Source: Nannocystales bacterium (GTDB lineage: Bacteria > Myxococcota_A > Polyangia > Nannocystales > Nannocystaceae). Taken from it: a stretch of DNA of 64,000 nt. Location: assembly GCA_050633305.1 (NCBI GenBank), contig JBOEGF010000010.1:128001-192000 (forward strand). Direction: 5' to 3'. Made by a program: the position numbers and the translations under genes. The number at the start of each line of letters is the position of its first letter. The stretch's first letter is position 1. The notes beneath the pieces are model-generated. The model worked only from the letters and a program-made list of their open reading frames with translations, was not told the origin of the DNA and did not search any database. Of the stretch, positions 53,901 to 61,504 are shown one piece after another.

Positions 53901-55714
53901 ACAATGCATCGGCGGTCGACATGCTCATCGAACTCGGCGGGGAGGCTGGAGGCCCGTCGTCAGCTGCGAAGGCCAAGCTGAGAATGGCCGATCTCATCCT
54001 GAGGCAGATCGACCAGTGCGAGGACGAAGACGAAGCCAAGGAGCTGATCGCCAAACGCACGGGACTGCTCCGCGAGGTCGCTGAGCTTCAGAGCTCGGAC
54101 CTCAACGCTCCCGATGAAGCCGTTCGGACGCTCGAGCGGGTCATGGAGACGAGCCCTGAGGACCCGGCAATCCTGCACAAGATTCTCGAGATCCTCACCG
54201 CCGAGCAGCGTTGGCGAGACGCGACCGGCATCTTGGCCCGTCTCGCGGAGGCGCAAGACAACAACGTGGTCAAGGCGAAGTACCTCTACGCCGGGGCTCT
54301 GATCTTCCGCGACAACCTGGGCAAGGCGGACGATGCATCGGATTGGATGCAGAAGGTCATCGAGGCCGATCCGAACCACCCGAAGGCGTTCGAGGCGTAT
54401 CTCGATCGGTTGGTCGAGAAGCGCTCGTGGAAGGATGTCTCGCGGGCGGTTCGCGGGCACCTCAAGACGCTTCCCAAGGACGCGCTACCAGGCCGGATCG
54501 CCCCGCTGTTCGAGAAGCTCGGTCAGGCTCACGAGAAGATGTCGGACGCGAAGACGGCGGTCGCTGCGTACGACCAATACCTTCGGATGGCCACCAAGGC
54601 GGGCGCTGACTCCGCGTCTCTGGTCGAACGCCGGGAGCAAGTCATCACGCTCGCCGTGTCGTTGGGGACCGACGCCTTGGACAAGGCCACGTTCCACGCG
54701 CATGCACTCATCGCACATGACCCTGCGGATTGGAGCAACTACCACCGTCTCGTCGAGCTCTACGGGACGATGGGCAACGAGCATCGTGCGCGAGGAATCG
54801 CAAAGACGCTTCGGTTCCTCAAGCAGGCCAACGAAGCCGAGCTGAAGCTCCTCGAAGGCTCCTCAGACCCGGGACAGGTCCGGACCCCGTTGACGCGGGA
54901 TCACTGGCGAAAGAACGTCTTCCATCCGTCGCAGAACGGTCGGGCAGCCGACATCTTGTCGTTGGCGTGGGCTGTGGTCGCGTCCCGAGAAGGGCAGTCT
55001 CATGCGCACTTCGACGTCGCTCGAAAGGACCGAGTCGAGGTCTCCTTGCAGTCGAAGGCTGGCATTGCGCGCTACGTCGCTCACGCGTGCCAGATGCTGG
55101 ACGTCTCCGTGCCGGACCTGTTCCAGCGAGACGTCGATGGAATGGGGATCCGTGTAACCGCGCTGATCGACAACTCCAGCGGCAAGGCCACCGTGTTCCC
55201 ATCGCTCATCGCGGGCAACGGTGCGACCAAGGATGCATCCGAGGTCGGCCTGAAGTTCCGCGCCGGTCGGTCTGTCGCGCGGGCCCGTCCAGAGAACATC
55301 CTGCTGACCGTCCTGCCTTCCGCGGGTGCAGTTCGCAAGGTCGTCTACGGAGCCGTGCTTGCGGCCAAGCCCGACGCTGAGCTCCCCGAAGACGTTCGCG
55401 AAGCCGCAAAGACCTACGCCGCCGAGCTCAAGACGCACCTCGCTCCGGCTCGTCTCGAGCAGATTCAGTCTCTGAGCGCCGGCTTGCTCGAAGACGGGTT
55501 CGATGCGAAGGCGTTTGCGGATGGCGTGGCGTATACCACCACGCGAGCAGGCTTCGTGTTGTGCGACTCGATCGAAACCGCGGCCGCAATGCTGACGCGA
55601 GAAGGGGACGATGGAAGCTCGGTCTCGGCGAAGGAGCGGATCGCGGATCTCATCGGCTACAGCGTCAGCCAGCCTTACCTCAAGCTGCGGAAGCCGCTCG
55701 GTCTCAATCGGTGA
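50912..55714 (+). CDS. Giant TPR protein with degenerate N-terminal SIR2-like domain
   Basis: ATG 50912; VLWVGTGLG and VLFVGFDPDD; many TPR-like helical repeats; myxobacterial-type C-terminus RAGFVLCDS...YLKLRKPLG. Confidence 0.8.
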   Translation: MVDISNELARAVQAGDCVLWVGTGLGVTSESAQAPEFAKPLAAFPWRACISTVDPDLAKVVFSEGEVVDPSRDLSLEGKDKFVIVDASKAVNKLVDFVEEVAQTRTVLFVGFDPDDAELARALDLLERGGGQHFAVVSGDADGLKERAVEVLTAGEDDDMAAIVKALGDATADVEVQPSDESRADVFDLVRSVRAALRDPANLSSSDALKTAIAALVVAPETATPKPVADEEGSRGISLSAPEDPDDLEAWAAILERKGAHLEARQAVDRIEDQARDAKRWDRLVEVLGVKAEHAQRQQDRVKFLREMVSLFEKELGAPRSAFETLQALIESVEVAEQVKLADEVMRLASETGDWAPAAETLGVLAERAPSNEDQAQLYATLAEVHAERLGAQEQALTAYGRALELESKEEWLSATIPLHRKLGQEAELVGAYLSLADLQTGGDRHTSLLAAAKLLRESLGDEEGAFGAAEIVLGEAAAHPEALELAESLAGSLERWDVLFDVLVKRAESADGDEAKSLRKQAVSVALEHLEDEEKAVAQLIELTQTDRTEVESAVLLADLLRPQAGDDATARSALVDVLGNLTEQTDAPEEKAGLLSEQAALFDQMPDGKDRAVDAREQVLSLLPVDHAVAKAAAEGLESAYRRQDDPAKLAELARQQAHADDVAPEFRAEAWGRLLELCDGPLEDEVGATEALEALVKLVPNESQWRDKLLEKYLAREEYEKAGPLIRDQVFAEPDPKRKAALLLRGGKLRAHIGKTEGAVEALEEAVSIDPTLVEAWTSLRDIYEENDQPLKAANALVSAAEHNPNRAEKVRCLFEAGKAFVGDLDRPARGVEVLEQLVELDPDHRDGMTLLLDQLVAEDDLARAWPHSQVYVTQVKSQAAMDHKLNLRALSLAGRCALAIEDVDKAREYLEKARGLDATNLDVLQLLADLDLDAEQWADALRNYQSVVLGMGDKLPAAEQSQLYVKMARARIGMDEGSKAGQMLERALDLDENNASAVDMLIELGGEAGGPSSAAKAKLRMADLILRQIDQCEDEDEAKELIAKRTGLLREVAELQSSDLNAPDEAVRTLERVMETSPEDPAILHKILEILTAEQRWRDATGILARLAEAQDNNVVKAKYLYAGALIFRDNLGKADDASDWMQKVIEADPNHPKAFEAYLDRLVEKRSWKDVSRAVRGHLKTLPKDALPGRIAPLFEKLGQAHEKMSDAKTAVAAYDQYLRMATKAGADSASLVERREQVITLAVSLGTDALDKATFHAHALIAHDPADWSNYHRLVELYGTMGNEHRARGIAKTLRFLKQANEAELKLLEGSSDPGQVRTPLTRDHWRKNVFHPSQNGRAADILSLAWAVVASREGQSHAHFDVARKDRVEVSLQSKAGIARYVAHACQMLDVSVPDLFQRDVDGMGIRVTALIDNSSGKATVFPSLIAGNGATKDASEVGLKFRAGRSVARARPENILLTVLPSAGAVRKVVYGAVLAAKPDAELPEDVREAAKTYAAELKTHLAPARLEQIQSLSAGLLEDGFDAKAFADGVAYTTTRAGFVLCDSIETAAAMLTREGDDGSSVSAKERIADLIGYSVSQPYLKLRKPLGLNR

Positions 55715-56673
55715 CCCGCGTTCTGGCGGTCGACGCTGGCGTGCCCTTGGACGCTTCCATCGAGGAAGCGGCCGATGTGCTTCGCTCTGGGGAACTCGTG
55801 GCGTTTGCGACGGAGACGGTCTACGGGCTGGGTGCTGACGCGACGCAAGCGGGCGCAGTCGAAAAGATCTTCGCGGCGAAGGGACGGCCGCAGAGCAACC
55901 CCCTGATCGCCCATGTGGCTTCGGCGCAGATGGCCCGAGCGTGGGCGGGAACGTGGCCAGAGGTCGCGGAGACGTTGGCGGCGGCGTTCTGGCCGGGGCC
56001 GCTGACGATCATCGTGCCGCGGTCGGAGCGGATCGCTGCGGCGGTTTCGGCGGGTCTCGAAACTGTGGGATTGCGAGTGCCGCAACCGGCGGTCGCGAGA
56101 GCGGTGATCGAGGCCCTAGGACGCCCGGTGGCTGCCCCAAGCGCGAATCGTAGCGAGCATGTGTCACCTACGACCGCTCAACATGTGCTGGACGACCTTC
56201 AAGGCCGGGTGGGGATGGTTCTCGACAGCGGCGCGACCGGGGTTGGAATCGAGTCAACGGTCATCGACGTGACGGGCTCTGTTCCACGATTGCTTCGACG
56301 CGGTCCGGTCTCCTTGGATGCGCTCCGCGAAGTGCTGGGCGTTGTGCAGGCGGTGGACCAGCATGTCGGTGTCGATGTCCCGCAAGCCAGCCCTGGCCAA
56401 GGCGTGCGACACTACGCGCCGGACGTCCCATGTGTGCGGGTGGAGGCCGGGGACTATCGAGAGGCGCCGGGCGACGGTGTGGTGTCCGTCGGCCACGCGG
56501 TGCCGGGGACCACGGAGTTGCTGGAGCCCGTAGACGCGGCCCGGGAGCTGTACGCGGTCTTGCGTCAGCTCGAGAGCAGCGGGGTCGAGCGCATCGTGGT
56601 GCTCATGCCCCCGAATGAACCTCAGTGGGCGGCGGTTCGGGACCGCCTCATCCGCGCGACCGTCGTGGCGTGA
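55711..56673 (+). CDS. sua5: L-threonylcarbamoyladenylate synthase (Sua5/TsaC2)
   Basis: TETVYGLGA, KGRPQSNPLIAH, FWPGPLT, APSAN, GIEST, SPG...HYAP; GTGA overlap with the upstream gene. Confidence 0.92.
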   Translation: MTRVLAVDAGVPLDASIEEAADVLRSGELVAFATETVYGLGADATQAGAVEKIFAAKGRPQSNPLIAHVASAQMARAWAGTWPEVAETLAAAFWPGPLTIIVPRSERIAAAVSAGLETVGLRVPQPAVARAVIEALGRPVAAPSANRSEHVSPTTAQHVLDDLQGRVGMVLDSGATGVGIESTVIDVTGSVPRLLRRGPVSLDALREVLGVVQAVDQHVGVDVPQASPGQGVRHYAPDVPCVRVEAGDYREAPGDGVVSVGHAVPGTTELLEPVDAARELYAVLRQLESSGVERIVVLMPPNEPQWAAVRDRLIRATVVA

Positions 56674-56700
56674 GGGCCTGATGGCTGCCGGGTTTCGTGG

Positions 56701-57888
56701 CTATTCGTAGGACGTCTCGAACGTGAACTCGGGCTTCTGGATCTCACACACCTGTTCCCGCTCCGGCCGGTACCAGACCCCTTCCGGGAAGGAGATCACG
56801 AAGTCGGAGCCGACGATGCCCGGACCGACTTCCAGCGCTCCGCCGAGGTAGAGGCCCGGAGCCTCGAACGCATCGCTGCCGTCTCGGCCGGAGTCGCCTG
56901 CCGACGATAGATACAGCCGCACGATTTCCTCGGTATCTTCATCGCCCGAGACATCTTGTACGTGCTCTCCCGCGCATGGGTTCTCGCCGTCGACGGACCA
57001 CTGGATGTGGTCGCTCATCGTGATGATGACGCACGGATAGGTTCCGTCGGGCGGCAGGACGGCATCGACGAGTTCAGGTGCATCGGCAAAGTCCACGTAG
57101 TGCGGCGTGTCCGGCTCGCCCACCAGGATTGGGTCCGTGCAGCCCTCGCCATCGAGCGAAAACTCGACCTGGTGCACCAACACGCTCAACGACGTGGGCT
57201 GGTAAACCGCCTCCGGGGTGCCCCCGTCGTCACACCACTCGTCGCCGGGATGGTCGAGACAGTGTTGGTGCCACGCTTCGCCGCAGTCGTCGTCCGTGGA
57301 CGCCGGGTCGAGGCAAACCTCGCAGGGGGGCCATTCCGGGTCGACCTCGCAGGCCCAGGTCTCTCCGCCTTTCGGCTCGGGTTCGTCCTTGGGCTCCGGC
57401 CCGTCCTTGGGCTCGTGTCCGTCTTTGGGCTCGGGAAGCCCGTCGCTACAGCCCGGATCCTCAGGGTGAGACGTACAGTAGGTCTCAATGACGTCCTTGC
57501 ATTCCGGGGATGCCGGGTCGTCCCAACACGCGTCGGAGTTGCAGGGCTCGGATGCGGGGTCAAACGGGCATTCCCCCTCCATCGCAGCGTGTGCCCCTCC
57601 TGCGAACGCGGACGGTTGGGGCGCGCTGATATCGGCAGAGGTCGAAAGAGTACGGCCACGAATCGCATACTGGGCCGCCTCGTCCTCCGGCTCACCGTCT
57701 GTCTCCGGCTCGGTGGTCCCACCATCGTCCGCATCCGCGTCGTCATCCTCGGGTCGCTCCACATCTCCGTCGTCCGTGGGGTCACTGCCCGTCGCCATGG
57801 TCTGAGTTTGGCCAGGGTCGCAGCCGGTCATGGCCCCGAGGGCGAAAGCAGGGGCGAGAAGGACCAGCGTTCGAGACGACAACCGCAC
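56701..57888 (-). CDS. Acidic Cys-rich hypothetical lipoprotein
   Basis: MTGC lipobox, acidic tether, two Cys-rich modules separated by EPKD repeats. Confidence 0.7.
   Translation of the reverse strand: MRLSSRTLVLLAPAFALGAMTGCDPGQTQTMATGSDPTDDGDVERPEDDDADADDGGTTEPETDGEPEDEAAQYAIRGRTLSTSADISAPQPSAFAGGAHAAMEGECPFDPASEPCNSDACWDDPASPECKDVIETYCTSHPEDPGCSDGLPEPKDGHEPKDGPEPKDEPEPKGGETWACEVDPEWPPCEVCLDPASTDDDCGEAWHQHCLDHPGDEWCDDGGTPEAVYQPTSLSVLVHQVEFSLDGEGCTDPILVGEPDTPHYVDFADAPELVDAVLPPDGTYPCVIITMSDHIQWSVDGENPCAGEHVQDVSGDEDTEEIVRLYLSSAGDSGRDGSDAFEAPGLYLGGALEVGPGIVGSDFVISFPEGVWYRPEREQVCEIQKPEFTFETSYE
57368..57435 (-). repeat. Degenerate 18-bp tandem repeat encoding PEPKDG-HEPKDG-PEPKDE-PEPKGG
   Basis: Plus strand shows recurring gtccttgggctc/gtctttgggctc units at 18-bp period. 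Confidence 0.75.
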
Positions 57889-58042
57889 CCGGGTCGTATC
57901 GGCACGCGCCGGCCGAGCTTGAGACCGAGTTTGTATCGGCCGTCCCGCAGGAGGACCCCACAGGAGGACCCACGGCGGCCGAAGGCTGTATGCGGATGTC
58001 AGCCCACTCGTCGCGCAACGCTGTACCAGTTCTCCGGGAGCG

Positions 58043-59584
58043 TCAATGCGAGCTGAGGATGAACGGAGTTGTCACGACGACCTCGCCGCTCTTCGGCTTC
58101 GGGAACTTCCATCTGCGTACCGCCCTCGCGATGCAGTTCTCGAGGCGCGTGTCATGCAGCGAAGAGCGGGGGACGTGGGAAGCCGAGACCTTGCCGTTGG
58201 TCCCAATGGTGAACTGGACCCAGAGACGCCCGCGGAGGTCTTCGCGCCTCGAAAGGCGGTCGCTGTAGCAGTGGCGGATCTCGCCGAGATGCGACCGGAC
58301 AATCCGTCGAATGATGTCGTGGTCGAGGTTTCCATTCACCTTCGCTCTGGCTTGGCGAACTCGCACCGTGCCGCGCCCCGAACGAACCTCGAGCCCTGAT
58401 TCGACCGGGAACAGTTGCCCATCCGGCGACCGAGGACGGTCCGTTTCGCCCTGCAGAGCGTGGAGCATTCCGATGTTGCGGGCCATCATGTCAGGGTCGA
58501 AGTTGCGGGCCATCTGCGGAATGCCGCCAGGATCGGGGTCGTCGCAGGGCTCGATCCGGGTGAGCCGGGACGCCGGGACGTAGGACTTGGCCTTGACCGC
58601 CAGCAGGTCCAGCGTCTGGCACCGCGTCGAGTTGGCGTTCCATCGGTCGTTGCCCGAGCGGTGAACGCTTGTCGTGGTCGCTGCGTGGACACGGGCTTCC
58701 GTGTGCCCGCTAGGGGAGCCGACCTTCGGGTCTCCTCCACCATGCCCGCTCCCTTGGCCCACTCCAGCTCCGTCGCCGCCCCCCTCTCCCGACAAGGGAG
58801 GGCTGGTTCCCGGGCGGAGCGGGCTGCCCTGCGGGCTCGAGCGGGCGGAGGCTCCGCGGCTTCTGGGTGGCCCGAATCGGTTGGCACCAAGTCCGTGTCC
58901 CGGAGGTTGGTCCTCTCCGTCCGCCCGAGGGTCGCCGAGTCCACTGCCCGCGAGCACACTCTGTGCTCCACCGGGAGGAGGCTGGCTGAAGAACGAAGCC
59001 ACGTTGCGCACCGCGGGCCGCGTGTCGACGCTGAGCTCCGGCTCTCCGGCGGTCGGTGTCGCAAGGTAGGCCGGCAAGAGGACCGAGGCAAACAGCACCA
59101 ACGAGCGAGCGTTAAACGCCCAGAAGCGCCGGCTGGACTGCATTGCCAACCTTGGCGGCGCTTGCCAGGGCACCACGTTCACGAAAAACGTGACGGCGCC
59201 GTGCTCGAGCCTGCAGCGTGCGCCCGCGCGAAGTGGGTAGCTGTAGACCGAGTCGCGGACCGTCGCTTGGCCATCGTGAACCAGTTCCCGTAGCGTACGG
59301 GCCTGTCCGCCGTCGCATACCTCTCCACGCATCGAGTTGGTGAAGTACAGCGTCCTGCCTCGGACCAGTGCAAATCCATGGCCGTTCGGAAGCCCGGCCG
59401 GTGGAACGACGAGCGTGACGTGGTGTGACTCGCCGACTGTGTAGGAATCGGACGCTGCGGGGGCCGAGGAGTCGCCACCGAGGTGGCGGACGTCGAGCAC
59501 TCTTGGGCCGTAGAGGGCCCAGACCTCGACAAGGCTTGGCCCGTTCTCCCGGGCACTCCGCTCCTCGCCGCACTCCACATCCAC
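58043..59584 (-). CDS. GltG/AgmX/PglI-like protein with TonB-C-like domain
   Basis: N-terminal beta domain (VLDVRHL...VTFFVNVV), TM, Gly/Pro linker, LDHDIIRRIVRSHLGEIRHCY...VQFTIGTNG...CIARAVRRWKFP. Confidence 0.8.
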   Translation of the reverse strand: MDVECGEERSARENGPSLVEVWALYGPRVLDVRHLGGDSSAPAASDSYTVGESHHVTLVVPPAGLPNGHGFALVRGRTLYFTNSMRGEVCDGGQARTLRELVHDGQATVRDSVYSYPLRAGARCRLEHGAVTFFVNVVPWQAPPRLAMQSSRRFWAFNARSLVLFASVLLPAYLATPTAGEPELSVDTRPAVRNVASFFSQPPPGGAQSVLAGSGLGDPRADGEDQPPGHGLGANRFGPPRSRGASARSSPQGSPLRPGTSPPLSGEGGGDGAGVGQGSGHGGGDPKVGSPSGHTEARVHAATTTSVHRSGNDRWNANSTRCQTLDLLAVKAKSYVPASRLTRIEPCDDPDPGGIPQMARNFDPDMMARNIGMLHALQGETDRPRSPDGQLFPVESGLEVRSGRGTVRVRQARAKVNGNLDHDIIRRIVRSHLGEIRHCYSDRLSRREDLRGRLWVQFTIGTNGKVSASHVPRSSLHDTRLENCIARAVRRWKFPKPKSGEVVVTTPFILSSH

Positions 59585-59656
59585 GAGAGCAACAGACCCG
59601 CGCGGGGACGACTTGTTTCGCGTGTCTGCATCCCGCTCACCGACGCGCGGCGGATC

Positions 59657-61447
59657 TCAGGGCTGCTCGATCGCGCCGAGGTCCCAGCCTTGTCCCGCTG
59701 GCCGTGATGTACCGGCGATGTCCGTCCTGATGTCGAGTCCGTAGAGGTCCTCGAAGAGCCCGAATACGGCGCTTTCGGTGTCGAACACATCGATCCCTGG
59801 GCTGGCCTCCGACAGCGAAAGATCTCCCGAGTCCGGGTCCGCGAACATCGGGTCTTGATCGAGGTTGCCGTCCTCGACATCCCACGACCCGGAGACCTCG
59901 ACTCCAAAGAGGATGTTGTTTCGCAGCGTCGAGTCGATCTCGCCGAGCGTGTCGATTTCGCCGCCGTGAAAGATGTTGCCCTCGACCGTGAGGCTGGAGC
60001 CATTTCCGGGTTGAAAGGCATCGAGGTTGAGCTGAGCCCCGTAGACCGAGTTGTGCACGACCCAAAACTCTCGCCCCGGGTCGTTGTTGGCTTGGAGAAA
60101 GGCGGTGCTCACGTTGTGCACGACGTTGCCGATCGCGAAGTTGAGCTCATCGGTCTCACTGCCGGAGTCGCGGATCGCCAGCCCCGAGTCATAGACGTGG
60201 TTGCCCAGCGCCCAGTGGTAGCCGGTCCAAGGACCCTCGGAGTTGTTGCTGAGGATCATGGCAGTGCTGTTGGCGCCCACGCCCTCAGACGCGAAGAAGT
60301 CGTGGATCTCGTTTCCAGAGATCACGACGTGGTAGCTGTTCTTGTTGTCGACCGAGTTCTCGTAGTTCTCGTAGAACTCGTTGCCTGCGATGTAGATGTA
60401 ATGGCTGGTTTCGTCTTGGGACCCCTGGTTGTTGCTGTTGCCGGTCTGTACCCCATCGCCTTGGAGGTGAAACAGCTCGGAGTCGATCAGCCATAGGTAG
60501 CGGTTGCTGTACTGCGGTCGCCACCCGTGCACATCGCGGTCTTGGGGGTTGCTCTCCCAAGAGCCCAGCTCGTGGAATCGCATGCGGTAGGAGAACAAAA
60601 ACTCGACACCCTGAATCGACATGGCAGAGCCGCCCGAGCTGCTGCTTCCGTCGCCTCGAATCTCTGTGTTGCGCACCGTGACGTAGCGCGAAGAGTTGAT
60701 GTTGAAGGCGCCCCATGGACGGTCGCCGCTCGGGGTATCGACGAAGCTGAGCCCATCGACCACGACATGCTCTGCGTTCGTCAGCGCGATTCGCCGGCCG
60801 ATACGGGGAGTGCCAATGCCCACGATGAAGCACGGCGCATCGACGGATCCGGTGCATGTCCACGTGTCGTCGTCCCCGATGTCGAAGTCGACGGTTCCGT
60901 ACGCCGAGTCGTCGCCGATGATGTAGAGGTGGGCACTCGTCCCGAGGTCTCCGGTGGGAAGGGTCCGACGTGGGGCGTCCACGCTGCCGTTCCCGCCGTT
61001 GCCCGCGGTACCGTCATCGCCGGCGACCGATGCGACATACACATTGTCGCCGGATCCGAGCCTGGGGAGTTCGAGCGTGATGGGGTCGTAGGGCCATCCG
61101 GGCTGAGCGTTGGGCTCGGGGAGCGTCGGCATGATGCCGGCGGGAAGGTCGTCGGTTGGATAGGGAATGCCTGGGTACCAGCCGGACGACGGCGGAGGGT
61201 CGTCGCCACCGGTCGAGCCGGTCTCGCTGCTGTTCTCGGCATCGGTCGAGCTCTCCGTGTCGGCGCCTTCTGAGCTTCCTCCGGTCGTGGCGCTTGCGGA
61301 GGTCTGGTCGTCCGTCGACGGAGATGTTCCAGGGCCTGCGGAGCCACCCGTGGAGCTGGACGCGGCGTCCTCAGTCGCGGAGCTGTCCTCCCCGCAGGCC
61401 GCGGCGAGCAGCGGAATCGAAAGCAGAGTTGCAAGACGTCGGCGCAT
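59657..61447 (-). CDS. Lipoprotein with right-handed beta-helix (polysaccharide lyase/hydrolase-like)
   Basis: AAACGED, Ser/Thr tether, GNGSVDAPRRT cap, Asn-ladder coils (YIAGNEFY, VISGNEIH, ALGNHVY), DPMF...SPGID...WDLGAIE tail. Confidence 0.8.
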   Translation of the reverse strand: MRRRLATLLSIPLLAAACGEDSSATEDAASSSTGGSAGPGTSPSTDDQTSASATTGGSSEGADTESSTDAENSSETGSTGGDDPPPSSGWYPGIPYPTDDLPAGIMPTLPEPNAQPGWPYDPITLELPRLGSGDNVYVASVAGDDGTAGNGGNGSVDAPRRTLPTGDLGTSAHLYIIGDDSAYGTVDFDIGDDDTWTCTGSVDAPCFIVGIGTPRIGRRIALTNAEHVVVDGLSFVDTPSGDRPWGAFNINSSRYVTVRNTEIRGDGSSSSGGSAMSIQGVEFLFSYRMRFHELGSWESNPQDRDVHGWRPQYSNRYLWLIDSELFHLQGDGVQTGNSNNQGSQDETSHYIYIAGNEFYENYENSVDNKNSYHVVISGNEIHDFFASEGVGANSTAMILSNNSEGPWTGYHWALGNHVYDSGLAIRDSGSETDELNFAIGNVVHNVSTAFLQANNDPGREFWVVHNSVYGAQLNLDAFQPGNGSSLTVEGNIFHGGEIDTLGEIDSTLRNNILFGVEVSGSWDVEDGNLDQDPMFADPDSGDLSLSEASPGIDVFDTESAVFGLFEDLYGLDIRTDIAGTSRPAGQGWDLGAIEQP

Positions 61448-61504
61448 GCTGGTGGAGTCGCGGTCCTGGGGCCCCGTGTCTCAGCATTGTTTGTGAGCCG
61501 GCTT

